DNA of 64,000 nt from Candidatus Nanoarchaeia archaeon. Lineage in GTDB: Archaea; Nanobdellota; Nanobdellia; SCGC-AAA011-G17; JAFCDX01. Made by a program: the position numbers and the translations under genes. The notes beneath the pieces were generated by a model. It was given only the letters and a program-made list of their open reading frames with translations. It did not search any database and was not told the DNA's origin. Positions 1 through 9,531 of the stretch are shown here, in pieces. The first letter of the stretch is position 1. Each line of letters starts with the position of its first letter. The DNA lies in NCBI GenBank assembly GCA_041651575.1, contig JBAZJB010000001.1, positions 266,609 through 330,608 on the forward strand. The letters are read 5' to 3'.

Positions 1-1
1 A

Positions 2-262
2 GTTAATATAAAACATTTAGAACAAAAAATGAACAAAAAACTAAAAATTGTTGAATATAATGAAGATGTTACAAAATTTGTTGGAAATTTAATAGCCCCA
101 ATAACTGCTAAAACCATTACAAATGAAGATAATACTATTACAATAAGCTTGCCTAGTACTAGAGAAAAAGGTCAAATAATAGGTAGAGATTCAAAAAACC
201 TTATAGAAATTAAAAAGATAGTTTCTATGTACTTTGATATTGTGGATATAAAAGTATCGTAG
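2..262 (+). CDS. nusA: NusA-like KH-domain protein, C-terminal part. Frame stays open to the window start, so the Met at 29 is probably internal.
   Basis: KH-like motif GQIIGRDSKNLIEI; no in-frame stop between position 2 and 29; lies directly upstream of rps12 as in the archaeal NusA-S12-S7 cluster. Confidence 0.45.
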   Translation, partial: VNIKHLEQKMNKKLKIVEYNEDVTKFVGNLIAPITAKTITNEDNTITISLPSTREKGQIIGRDSKNLIEIKKIVSMYFDIVDIKVS

Positions 263-267
263 TAAGC

Positions 268-275
268 TTTATAAA
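268..275 (+). promoter_or_regulatory. TATA box (tttataaa) about 27 bp upstream of the rps12 ATG; suggests leaderless or short-leader transcript
   Basis: Same tttataaa(t) box recurs upstream of many genes here (also at 17785, 38498). Confidence 0.4.
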
Positions 276-302
276 TCTATAATTTAAGATTTTAAATAGA
301 AA

Positions 303-740
303 ATGGCACATAAAACCAATGGATTAAACGCTGGAAAAAAGCTAAAAAATAAAAGAAGAAAATTCAGATGGTACTATCCTTGGTATAAAAGAAGAGTTTT
401 AAGATTAAAAGAAAAATCAGATCCATTAAGAGGTTCTCATCAAGCTAAAGCTATTGTATTAGAAAAAGGAGAAGTAGAAGCTAAACAACCAAACTCAGCT
501 AAGAGAAAAATAGCTAAAGTACAATTAATTAAAAATGGTAAAAAAATATCAGCATTCTTACCTGGAGATAATGCTTCCAAATTTATTGCAGAACACGATG
601 AAGTTATTATAGAATGTATGGGTGGAAAAAAAGGAAGAGCAAAAGGAGATATTCCTGGAATTAGATGGCAAGTTATAAAAGTTAATGATCAGAGTTTAGA
701 TGCTTTATTACACAAAAAGATAGAGAAGGGTAGAAGATAA
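303..740 (+). CDS. rps12: 30S ribosomal protein S12 (uS12), archaeal long form
   Basis: 145 aa; KQPNSAKRK and GDIPGIRW motifs typical of archaeal/eukaryotic uS12. Confidence 0.92.
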   Translation: MAHKTNGLNAGKKLKNKRRKFRWYYPWYKRRVLRLKEKSDPLRGSHQAKAIVLEKGEVEAKQPNSAKRKIAKVQLIKNGKKISAFLPGDNASKFIAEHDEVIIECMGGKKGRAKGDIPGIRWQVIKVNDQSLDALLHKKIEKGRR

Positions 741-741
741 A

Positions 742-1335
742 ATGTTAAAATTATTTGATAGATGGGATACAAGTGCAATTGCTGTAAAAGATATTGGCTT
801 GCAAAAATATGTTAATTTAAGAGAAACATTGGTTCCTAGAACTTGTGGTAGAAATACTAGAAGATTCCACAAATCAACTTATATGAATATTATTGAAAGA
901 TTAATTAATAAATTAATGGTTCCAGGACACAAAGGTAAAAAACACAAATTAACTTCTGGGCAATGTTCTGGTAAATGGCAATTTGCATACAGAACAGTAA
1001 TAAAAACATTTGAAATCGTAGAAAATCAAACCAAACAAAATCCTGTTGAAGTTTTTATAAGAGCTTTAGAAAATGCAGCTCCTAGAGAAGAAGTTACAAG
1101 TATAGAATATGGTGGAGCTAAATATCCTCAAGCAGTAGAAGTTGCTCCTCAAAGAAGAATTGATATGGTTTTAAGATTAATTACCCAAGGTGCTTATGCA
1201 AAATCTTGGAATAGTAAAAAAACAATAGAATCTTGCTTAGCTGATGAAATTCTAAAAGCATATAATATGGATCAAACAAGTGCTGCTCTTTCAAAGAAAT
1301 TAGAAATGGAAAGACAAGCTTCAAGTGCGAGATAA
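742..1335 (+). CDS. rps7: 30S ribosomal protein S7 (uS7)
   Basis: 197 aa, archaeal S7-like; start is 2 nt after the rps12 stop (operon). Confidence 0.9.
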   Translation: MLKLFDRWDTSAIAVKDIGLQKYVNLRETLVPRTCGRNTRRFHKSTYMNIIERLINKLMVPGHKGKKHKLTSGQCSGKWQFAYRTVIKTFEIVENQTKQNPVEVFIRALENAAPREEVTSIEYGGAKYPQAVEVAPQRRIDMVLRLITQGAYAKSWNSKKTIESCLADEILKAYNMDQTSAALSKKLEMERQASSAR

Positions 1336-1376
1336 TTCTATTTTTGTATAATACTTTCTTTTATTTAAAATAAAAA

Positions 1377-1631
1377 TTAAATTAAAAAAACAAGGTCGTT
1401 GGCTCTTACTTTGTCAGAGACTTTTATTCCAATTGCTTGTCCTTTTTTTGCTTCTTCTACTGGTTTTCTGTCAATCTGTATAGAATCTACTTCTTGGGTA
1501 ATATTTGTAGTTGCTCCTTCAATAGAAATTTTATCTCCTACTTTTAAAGTTCCTTTTAACTGTATTACTGCTACGCCTATGTTACTAAAATAATGTTCTA
1601 TAACACCAATTTCTTTCTTTTTTGCAGGCAT
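1377..1631 (-). CDS. small beta-barrel protein resembling EF-Tu domain 2
   Basis: 84 aa; pattern GVIEHYFSNIGVAVIQL...VGDKISI resembles standalone EF-Tu-D2-like barrels; family weakly recognised. Confidence 0.35.
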   Translation of the reverse strand: MPAKKKEIGVIEHYFSNIGVAVIQLKGTLKVGDKISIEGATTNITQEVDSIQIDRKPVEEAKKGQAIGIKVSDKVRANDLVFLI

Positions 1632-1720
1632 AAAACACCCCCTTGTAATTATATTACTTTAGAATTTAAAAAGTTTATGAAAATACAAAGATTTATAAAG
1701 CATATTCTAGAATATATAGT

Positions 1721-2530
1721 ATGGAAACTATAAATGATATTACTTTAAGATTAGATAAAGAAATTGAACCTTATCTAGGTGAATTGAATTATGGTAATTT
1801 AAGAAAATCAAAATCTTGGCCAGGAATACATGAAAATGAAGCTATTTTTATGATAGCTTATGAAAGCCAATTATTATCTACAAATTGTTCAGGTTTATAT
1901 ATTACTAGAGATGAATCTGGAGAAATTAAAGCCGAAATGGATTCTGAAAAAAATCTTCCTTTAGAAAAAGCAGTTGATTTATTCGTTTCAAAAATTAAAA
2001 AGATTCCAAACGAAAGAATTGAAAAGACAATAGAATACTTTAAAACTAAAAGATTATTTGAAAAAAATTTAGCTGAACTCTGTAAAAATAGAGAAGAAAT
2101 AGAAATTTACACCGAACAAGAATTAAAAACTTTAAGAGAACATTATTCTAAATTTAAAAGAATAGCTGTTGCAGAAGATAATAAAAATATATTGGTAGCT
2201 TATGAGCATATATTTGGTATGATAAGTAAAGAGTTAGGTTTAAAATTAACTACAGATTATGCTGAAAATGGAAAAGGTTTGGTGATCTTACTTAAAAAGT
2301 ATAAAAATTGTTATGATTTAATAATCACAGATCATAATATGCCAGAATTAACAGGTTTAGAAGCAATTAAACAAATAAGAGGATTAGATAAAGAAATACC
2401 AATCTGCATTTTAAGTGGAGATAAATTAAAAGATGAAGCTTTAGAAGCAGGTGCTAATGAATTTCTTGAAAAACCTCCAACAATAAAAGATTTTGAAGAT
2501 TTATTCAAAAAATACTTTATTTTTCAATAA
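1721..2530 (+). CDS. response-regulator receiver (CheY-like REC) protein with unknown N-terminal domain
   Basis: C-terminal LIITDHNMPELTGLEAIKQIR...ICILSGD...GANEFLEKP is a REC domain; N-terminal ~150 aa uncharacterised. Confidence 0.6.
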   Translation: METINDITLRLDKEIEPYLGELNYGNLRKSKSWPGIHENEAIFMIAYESQLLSTNCSGLYITRDESGEIKAEMDSEKNLPLEKAVDLFVSKIKKIPNERIEKTIEYFKTKRLFEKNLAELCKNREEIEIYTEQELKTLREHYSKFKRIAVAEDNKNILVAYEHIFGMISKELGLKLTTDYAENGKGLVILLKKYKNCYDLIITDHNMPELTGLEAIKQIRGLDKEIPICILSGDKLKDEALEAGANEFLEKPPTIKDFEDLFKKYFIFQ

Positions 2531-2576
2531 ATTTTTATATAAGTTTATATAGTTATTTTCCTTCTATTATACAAAA

Positions 2577-5156
2577 ATGATAACTTTTAAGGAAAAACCA
2601 GATAAAGAAGAGGAGCTTTTTGATAGTTTACACCCCATTGTTAAAAAATGGTTTGAATCTAAATTCAAGAATTTTGCTTTATCTCAGTTGTATTCTATAA
2701 AAGAAATTAATGCTCAAAAAAACATACTAGTTTCTGCTCCTACAGGTTCTGGTAAGACTTTAACAGCTTTTTTATCAATTTTAAATGAATTAATCATACT
2801 ATCCGAAAATAATTTACTTGAAAATAAAGTATATGCGGTTTATATTTCTCCATTAAAAGCACTAAATTCTGATGTACAAATAAATTTAATAGAACCATTA
2901 AAAGAAATGGAAAAAATTGCAGGAAAAGAATTTGGAATTAAGGTTTTAGTAAGAACAGGAGATACAACTGCTTCAGAGAAAGCTAAAATGTTAAAAAAAT
3001 CTCCACATATATTAATAACTACACCAGAAACATTATCCATAGTAATATCTACAATAAAATTCAAAGAAAACCTAAAAAATGTAAGATATTTGGTTATAGA
3101 TGAATTACATTCCATTGCAGAGTCTAAAAGAGGAACAAACTTATCAATAAGTATAGAAAGATTACAACATTATTGTGAAAATGAAATTACAAGAATTGGA
3201 TTAAGTGCTACTTGTGAACCAATAGAAGAAATTGCTAAGTTTTTAGTGGGTTCCTCAAGAGATTGTATAATTTCTAGAATAGATCTTTCTAAAAAAATGG
3301 ATATTAAAGTTTTATCTCCTGTACCTGACTTAATTAATATAACTTATGAGAAAAAACATGATGAATTATATAATTTGCTAGATAAATTAATCCAAGAACA
3401 TAAAACAACTTTGATCTTTACTAATACAAGAAGTGCAACTGAAAAAGTAGTACATCATTTAAAAGAAAGATTTCCAAAAAATTACACTGAAAATATTGGA
3501 GCACATCATGGTTCTCTATCAAAAGAACACAGACAAAATATAGAACAACAATTAAGAGAAGGAAAATTAAAATGTATTGTTTGCTCTACTTCTTTAGAAT
3601 TAGGTATAGATATTGGTTATATTGATTTAGTTATTTTATTGGGAAGTCCTAAGTCAATTGCAAGAGCAATACAAAGAATTGGAAGAAGCGGACACTCATT
3701 ACATGAAACTATCAAAGGAAGATTTGTTGTAATGGATAGAGATGATTTAGTTGAATGTTCTGTAATGTTAAAGAATGTTATTGAAAGAAAAGTTGATAAA
3801 ATACATATTCCCAAAGATTGTTTAGATGTTTTAGCACAGCAAATTTATGGTATTGCTATAACAGAAATGATTCATATTGATTCTTTATTTAAAATGATTA
3901 AAAAAGCATATCCTTATTCTGATTTAGAAAGAAAAGATTTTCAAGAAGTCATTGATTATCTAGCTGGAAAGTATTCTAGTTTAGAAGATAGACATATTTA
4001 TGCAAAAATTTGGTATGATGAAGAATCAAAAATGATTGGTAAAAGAGGAAAATTAGCAAGGGTTATTTATATGTCAAATATTGGAACTATACCAGAACAA
4101 TCTTTTATAACAATTAAAATAGGAGAACAAGCTATTGGTCATGTAGATGAAGGTTTTCTTGAAAAATTAAAAAGGAATGATATCTTTTTATTAGGAGGAA
4201 ACACTTACAAATTTTTATTCGCTAGAGGAATGGTAGCACAAGTATTAGCTTCTGAAAGAAAACAACCAACAGTTCCTTCTTGGTTTTCAGAAATGTTACC
4301 TATGAATTTTGATTTAGCACTAGAAATAAATAGATTTAGAGGTTTAATGAAAGAAAAATTTGATTCTAAAAAATCTGAAGAAGATATTTTAAAATTCATT
4401 AATGAATATTTATATGTAGATTCTAACGCAGGAAAAGCAATTTATGAATATTTCAAAGAACAATATTATTATACTAATAAAAATATTCCAAATCCAAAAG
4501 AATTAATCATAGAATTTTTAAAAGAAGACGAAAAAAATTATGTTATTTTCCATTCTTTATATGGAAGAAGAGTAAATGATGTTTTATCAAGAGCAATTGC
4601 TTTTGCAATATCAAGAATACAACATAAAGATGTAGAAATAGGTATAAGTGATAATGGTTTCTATATTGCTTCTCCTGAAGATAGAAAAATTCAAGTTCTT
4701 AGAGCATTTAAATATATAAAATCAAGTGAATTAAGAAAAGTTCTTGAATTAGCCATAGAAAACTCTGAAGTTCTTAAAAGAAGGTTCAGACATTGTGCAG
4801 CAAGATCATTAATGATATTAAGAAATTATAAGGGTAGAGAAAAAAGAGTTGGAAGGCAACAAGTAAGTTCTATGATATTAATGAATGCAGTTAAAATGGT
4901 TTCTAAAGATTTTTGTATTTTAAGAGAAGCTAAAAGAGAAGTACTTGAAGATTTAATGGATATTGACAATGCAACTAAAATATTAAAAGACATTGAAGAT
5001 GGGAAGATAAAAATTAAAGAAATTTCAACTAGTATTCCTAGTCCTTTTGCTTTTAATTTGGTTCTAGCAGGGCATTTAGATTTCTTAAAATTAGAAGAAA
5101 AAGCAGAATTCATAAAAAGAATGCATTCTTATATATTAGCTAAGATAAATAAATAA
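2577..5156 (+). CDS. lhr: Lhr-family large ATP-dependent helicase (DEAD/DEAH box)
   Basis: 859 aa; Walker A SAPTGSGKT, DExH (VIDELH), helicase C motifs; C-terminal DEAD/H-associated-like region. Confidence 0.75.
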   Translation: MITFKEKPDKEEELFDSLHPIVKKWFESKFKNFALSQLYSIKEINAQKNILVSAPTGSGKTLTAFLSILNELIILSENNLLENKVYAVYISPLKALNSDVQINLIEPLKEMEKIAGKEFGIKVLVRTGDTTASEKAKMLKKSPHILITTPETLSIVISTIKFKENLKNVRYLVIDELHSIAESKRGTNLSISIERLQHYCENEITRIGLSATCEPIEEIAKFLVGSSRDCIISRIDLSKKMDIKVLSPVPDLINITYEKKHDELYNLLDKLIQEHKTTLIFTNTRSATEKVVHHLKERFPKNYTENIGAHHGSLSKEHRQNIEQQLREGKLKCIVCSTSLELGIDIGYIDLVILLGSPKSIARAIQRIGRSGHSLHETIKGRFVVMDRDDLVECSVMLKNVIERKVDKIHIPKDCLDVLAQQIYGIAITEMIHIDSLFKMIKKAYPYSDLERKDFQEVIDYLAGKYSSLEDRHIYAKIWYDEESKMIGKRGKLARVIYMSNIGTIPEQSFITIKIGEQAIGHVDEGFLEKLKRNDIFLLGGNTYKFLFARGMVAQVLASERKQPTVPSWFSEMLPMNFDLALEINRFRGLMKEKFDSKKSEEDILKFINEYLYVDSNAGKAIYEYFKEQYYYTNKNIPNPKELIIEFLKEDEKNYVIFHSLYGRRVNDVLSRAIAFAISRIQHKDVEIGISDNGFYIASPEDRKIQVLRAFKYIKSSELRKVLELAIENSEVLKRRFRHCAARSLMILRNYKGREKRVGRQQVSSMILMNAVKMVSKDFCILREAKREVLEDLMDIDNATKILKDIEDGKIKIKEISTSIPSPFAFNLVLAGHLDFLKLEEKAEFIKRMHSYILAKINK

Positions 5157-5209
5157 TTATACCTTGCCCCCATGTTAGAGTGGTTACAAATAGAAAGATT
5201 TATAAGTAG

Positions 5210-5620
5210 TTGGTAAATATTAATAATATGAATATTTTATATTTAACACGAAATCTTGAAGTAATGAAAGAACTACAGAAAGAAATGGATAGATTTCTAG
5301 ATGTTTATGATATTTCTGGAAAAGGAGATATTTTAGTATGTAAAGTAAAATTAGGAGAAATTAATACAAAATATAAACACATTATAGGTAATATTACCAC
5401 AAGTATAAATATTGATCCTTATAACTATCCCGCTTCGTATATTGATGAAATATTAGTAAAAAGTGGAGATGATTCAGATGCTCAGTTTATAAAAGTTGAC
5501 CCCCTAGGAATTGTATTAAAATTAGATAACCTCCTTTATGGAATTAAAATAAATAAAATGCCAAAAGAAGATGCAACCATTGGAAATGAAAATTTTCCTC
5601 CAGGTCCAATACTTGAATAG
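5210..5620 (+). CDS. hypothetical protein
   Basis: 136 aa ORF, no recognisable motif. Confidence 0.3.
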   Translation: MVNINNMNILYLTRNLEVMKELQKEMDRFLDVYDISGKGDILVCKVKLGEINTKYKHIIGNITTSINIDPYNYPASYIDEILVKSGDDSDAQFIKVDPLGIVLKLDNLLYGIKINKMPKEDATIGNENFPPGPILE

Positions 5621-5788
5621 ATATTTTACTAATCTTTTTCTCGTGGGTGTGAATATCTTCGAATTTCTAAAAAAATTTAAAAATAACTATTCTATTTTTA
5701 CTTTAATCACTTTTCTAAAGAAGTTATGGGCACAATAAAAAGAAATAATTACTTAATATTTGCATATATGTTGCCTAGGAAGCAAAAA

Positions 5789-6316
5789 TTATATTTTTAT
5801 TATTTTTTCTTCTATTGCTTCTTCTAAAGATATTCTTGCTAAATAAGGTAAAAATTCTGGACCGTATTTATCATAAATCTTTTCACGTTCTCCATCAGAA
5901 TACTTTTTATCTTCATCTGTTCTTAGATTTAAAATAAAATTTCCATATTCTGCAACTAATTCTGTTAGTTTATCATATCCTTCTGGTAATTTACCTGTTT
6001 TTAAATAAATATTAACTCCCTCAATCATACCAGGATTTACAAAATTATGTATAAAATGTCCAGATTCATGATATATCACCGCTTTAGAAAAAACACCCTT
6101 AATAAATTTTGGTTCCTTTAATGGAAAATAAATAAAATTATCTATCGAACTATAAGCAGGTACGTTTCTACTATGATCAGGATATTCGTCTGGTTTTAAA
6201 AAACGCCTAATAGTTGGTTTTCTGAATCTTTTTAATTCATCGCAACTAACTTTAAAATAAGGCATAAGATTATTTATTGCTTTTTCTATTTCCGCTTTTA
6301 ATAATTTTAGCTTCAT
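5789..6316 (-). CDS. putative HExxH zinc-metallopeptidase-like protein
   Basis: 175 aa; HESGH motif; shares one base with the upstream L,D-transpeptidase gene (translational coupling). Confidence 0.35.
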   Translation of the reverse strand: MKLKLLKAEIEKAINNLMPYFKVSCDELKRFRKPTIRRFLKPDEYPDHSRNVPAYSSIDNFIYFPLKEPKFIKGVFSKAVIYHESGHFIHNFVNPGMIEGVNIYLKTGKLPEGYDKLTELVAEYGNFILNLRTDEDKKYSDGEREKIYDKYGPEFLPYLARISLEEAIEEKIIKI

Positions 6317-7203
6317 TATCCTATTTTAACTTCAATTACTTTTTCTAAAGGATAAATTGTTCCTCTACTAGTAGTTTTTGGTTCTTTATGTAAAATATAA
6401 TGTAAAAATGCAGGATATAATTCTTCAATAACGTCTGGAATTCCTCTTACACAACCATGAGAAGGTCCAAGAGGTTTATTTGTAGAATGTAATCTTATTC
6501 CATCATCTCCAGCTAATCTAAATTCATAACCTATTAAATTAGGATTTGAATATAATTCTGCCATCCAAATTCCAAAAGGATTATTTTTTCCTGGTCCTAT
6601 AGGTCCTTTAGCACTTGCCCATTCTGGAGGATACCACCAAGGATTTTTTACTAATCTTTTAATATAAAATATTCCTGAAGGAGTACTAAAATCTCTTTCT
6701 TTAGTTTTTCCCATTCCTAAACCAACAGGTTTTTCAAGTAATAATATATTTTTAGAATTAAAACGTTGATAAACTTTTAATAAGGATTTCTTTTTATCTA
6801 TTTCTATAGAAAGGCCCATTTCGTCTACTAAAAAATTATTAGGTATTACCAAGGAATAATTTAAATTCCAACTCTGAAGGGGTTCATAACAACTAGATTT
6901 AATCTGAGAATATAATCCATTAAAATGAATTTTGAACTCAGAAACAATGTCATCCATATACTTTCCAAACAAATAAGAATTATTATTTTCTGTTATTTTT
7001 TCTCTTAAAAAATCTCTTAAATTAATATCTTTAATAATATGTTTATCTTTGTTATTAAATTCTCTGTTATAATCCTTTTTTATTAGTTCTTCTAATTCTA
7101 ATGCAGAAAAAGATATATCAGCTATACCTTCTTCTTTTTGGAATAAACAAATAGGTAAAGCTAAACTACAACTTTTGATGAAATCTCTTCTGTCAATCTT
7201 CAT
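6316..7203 (-). CDS. L,D-transpeptidase (YkuD-domain) with twin-arginine signal peptide
   Basis: 295 aa; N-terminal DRRDFIK Tat motif followed by a hydrophobic stretch; C-terminal TPSGIFYI...NPWWYPPEW...HST...SHGCVRG matches the YkuD catalytic region. Confidence 0.65.
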   Translation of the reverse strand: MKIDRRDFIKSCSLALPICLFQKEEGIADISFSALELEELIKKDYNREFNNKDKHIIKDINLRDFLREKITENNNSYLFGKYMDDIVSEFKIHFNGLYSQIKSSCYEPLQSWNLNYSLVIPNNFLVDEMGLSIEIDKKKSLLKVYQRFNSKNILLLEKPVGLGMGKTKERDFSTPSGIFYIKRLVKNPWWYPPEWASAKGPIGPGKNNPFGIWMAELYSNPNLIGYEFRLAGDDGIRLHSTNKPLGPSHGCVRGIPDVIEELYPAFLHYILHKEPKTTSRGTIYPLEKVIEVKIG

Positions 7204-7296
7204 AACTTGGTTTTTTGTAGTTTATTTATAAAGCTTTCTTTTATAGAGTGTTATCTCCTTAGTAAGTGAAAAATTTACAAAATATTTATATAGGGT

Positions 7297-8595
7297 ATGC
7301 TAAACTTTTTTATTATGTATGTCCACCAAAAAGAAAAATTAGATATTGCTCTTGCTGAAAAATTTAGAGATGTAAATAAAGTTAGGGCCATTATAGAATC
7401 ATATAATGAAAATTTTAATATAAGAAAAACTGCTGATAAAGTAGGGGTATCTACTGATAATGTTTGTTATTATTTAAGAAGATGTGGAATAACAAAACAT
7501 ACAAAAAGGGTGAAGCTTATAACGCCCCCTTTATCTGATAATAACTCTTCAAATTCTAGATTATTGAGAGAAAAAGAACATCTAACCCAATTAAGTCAAA
7601 ACAGTGTAAAAGAATTATACTCTAATGAAAAAATAACTTCAGAATTTAAAGAATATGATTTATTATATTCAAATTTATATAACAAATTAAAAGAAACTAT
7701 CCCTCTGGCTAAACTAGAAGAAATAGCTAAAGATTTAGACATCTCTAAAGAGGTTATATCTAAAAAAGATAGAATAGAAAGTATAGTAATTTATTTATTA
7801 AACAATGGAAATTTAGAAAATAAAAAAGAGATTAAAAAAGAATTTGAAAAATGTACTGAACAAAGAAATAAGATTTCTTTTAGGCATATGGGTTTATTAA
7901 AAAAGTATGCAGGATATTTTGCTAGATGTAATCCAGATGAAACCTTTGAAAATTTATATATGGAAGGCTACTTAGGATTATTAAAAGCAATTAATGGTTT
8001 TGATATTAAAAAAGGGTTTAGATTTTCTACATATAGTACTTGGTGGATTAAAGAAACTATTTTAAGACATTTACAAAATTCTGGAAAGATTAGAGTCCCA
8101 GTATATATTCAAGAAAGTGTTAATCTATTAAATAAAGTTCAAGAAAAATTCTTTGAAAAGCATGGAAGAGCTCCAACCTATCAAGAAATATCATCTATTA
8201 CTAGATGGAATTTAGATAAAATAAAAAAAATATGTGAAATAATAAAACCAAAGGTTGTTTCTTTAGATGAAGAACTAAATGATGAATATACAAAAAATTT
8301 AATGGAAATTGTAACAGATAATGAACAAAAAGGTCCTGATGAAATTATAGAAAAAGAAAGTATAAAAGAAACTATTGAAAAAGCATTATTAAATCTAACC
8401 CCAAAAGAAGAAAATATACTAAGAGCGAGACATGGAATTACGCATGATACAGAAAATAAACATTATAATAATAAAAGGGCACTTGAAGAAGTAGGAGAAG
8501 ATTATGGCCTGTCAAGACAAAGAATTGAACAAATAGAAAAAATAGCACTAAACAAATTAAAACATGATCCTGAGATATTAAAATTACGCTCTTAA
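7297..8595 (+). CDS. bacterial-type sigma-70 family RNA polymerase sigma factor (regions 2, 3, 4 plus N-terminal HTH extension)
   Basis: 432 aa; region 2 YMEGYLGLLKAINGFDIKKGFRFSTYSTWWIKETILRHL; region 2.4/3 IRVPVYIQESVNLLNK; region 4 LTPKEENILRARHGI...LEEVGEDYGLSRQRIEQIEKIALNKLKH; near-collinear with RpoD. Confidence 0.75.
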   Translation: MLNFFIMYVHQKEKLDIALAEKFRDVNKVRAIIESYNENFNIRKTADKVGVSTDNVCYYLRRCGITKHTKRVKLITPPLSDNNSSNSRLLREKEHLTQLSQNSVKELYSNEKITSEFKEYDLLYSNLYNKLKETIPLAKLEEIAKDLDISKEVISKKDRIESIVIYLLNNGNLENKKEIKKEFEKCTEQRNKISFRHMGLLKKYAGYFARCNPDETFENLYMEGYLGLLKAINGFDIKKGFRFSTYSTWWIKETILRHLQNSGKIRVPVYIQESVNLLNKVQEKFFEKHGRAPTYQEISSITRWNLDKIKKICEIIKPKVVSLDEELNDEYTKNLMEIVTDNEQKGPDEIIEKESIKETIEKALLNLTPKEENILRARHGITHDTENKHYNNKRALEEVGEDYGLSRQRIEQIEKIALNKLKHDPEILKLRS

Positions 8596-8636
8596 ATATT
8601 AAAAAATCAACCATAGTAAAATTTATAAACGAATAT

Positions 8637-8657
8637 TTTCGCGAAAGCTATAAATAT
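8637..8657 (+). promoter_or_regulatory. BRE/TATA promoter (cgaaag + ctataaat) for the archaemetzincin gene
   Basis: Same cgaaag-TATA architecture recurs at 38973 (rRNA operon), 53497 and 44770. Confidence 0.4.
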
Positions 8658-8678
8658 CTTTCGTTTTATTCTATTTAT

Positions 8679-9332
8679 ATGAATAATATTAAACCATTAT
8701 ATCTAATGAATGAAAAAGGATTGTCTGATTTAGAACTAAAAGCTGTTCAAGATGGAATTATTGAATTAATGGATTGTGCTAATATAAAATTAGATATAAA
8801 AAATTTTGGAGTTTGGAGAGCTAATATTTCAAAACCTTGGTGGAGCATTGATTGGTATCTAGAACAAGGTAAAAGGACTAGCACACAAAATAATCAAATT
8901 AATGCAGGTTATATGCTTGATTTAATTATACAAGAACCTTGGAGAAAAAATGAAGATCATTACGATGTTATGGTATTACATTCAGATATATATTCTAGAG
9001 ATACGAGATTTGTTATAGGATTGGCTAGCGAAGGTATAGGTACAATAATCTCTGTTAAAAGATTCAAACACTCCGAACTAGGCAATGAGATGAAATATGA
9101 GTGTATAAAAACAGAAACTATGCATGAACTTGGACATGTATTTGGTTTAGTACCTAATAAAAGAAAAATTAATGTTGAAGAAAGTCTAGGTAAACATTGT
9201 ACAAATAGATGTGTAATGAGACAAGGATTAACAGTTCCACGAGATTGGATTAATATAACTAAAGACAGATTAAAGTATAAACCTTTATGTGAAATTTGTG
9301 AAACTGATTTAAAGGCTTATTTTAGAAAATAA
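8679..9332 (+). CDS. amzA: archaemetzincin (zinc metalloprotease)
   Basis: 217 aa; HELGHVFGL followed by CTNRC...CEIC, the HExxHxxGx3Cx4C...CxxC archaemetzincin signature. Confidence 0.7.
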   Translation: MNNIKPLYLMNEKGLSDLELKAVQDGIIELMDCANIKLDIKNFGVWRANISKPWWSIDWYLEQGKRTSTQNNQINAGYMLDLIIQEPWRKNEDHYDVMVLHSDIYSRDTRFVIGLASEGIGTIISVKRFKHSELGNEMKYECIKTETMHELGHVFGLVPNKRKINVEESLGKHCTNRCVMRQGLTVPRDWINITKDRLKYKPLCEICETDLKAYFRK

Positions 9333-9366
9333 TAAAATTTATAAATAAACCTTTTATCTTAATAAT

Positions 9367-9525
9367 ATGGGAAAATACAGATGCAAGAGATGTTCTTACA
9401 GTTTTGCTCCAAAAGGTACAATAACACCAAAAGTATGCCCTGCATGTGGTGCACCTGCTTCTAATTTATACAAAGATTATGATGCAGCAAGCCTTTTAGA
9501 AGACTGCGACAAAGACGGCTTTTAA
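9367..9525 (+). CDS. small zinc-ribbon protein (two CxxC pairs), unannotated short ORF
   Basis: 52 aa read codon by codon: MGKYRCKRCSYSF...CPACGAP...; CxxC x17 CxxC. Confidence 0.35.
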   Translation: MGKYRCKRCSYSFAPKGTITPKVCPACGAPASNLYKDYDAASLLEDCDKDGF

Positions 9526-9531
9526 GAAAAT

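Noticed and set aside
2840-5113. Minus-strand ORFs inside the Lhr helicase gene (2840..3115, 3617..3814, 4205..4399, 4826..5113)
   Set aside because: Low-complexity antisense ORFs fully embedded in a well-supported helicase CDS; typical AT-rich shadow ORFs.
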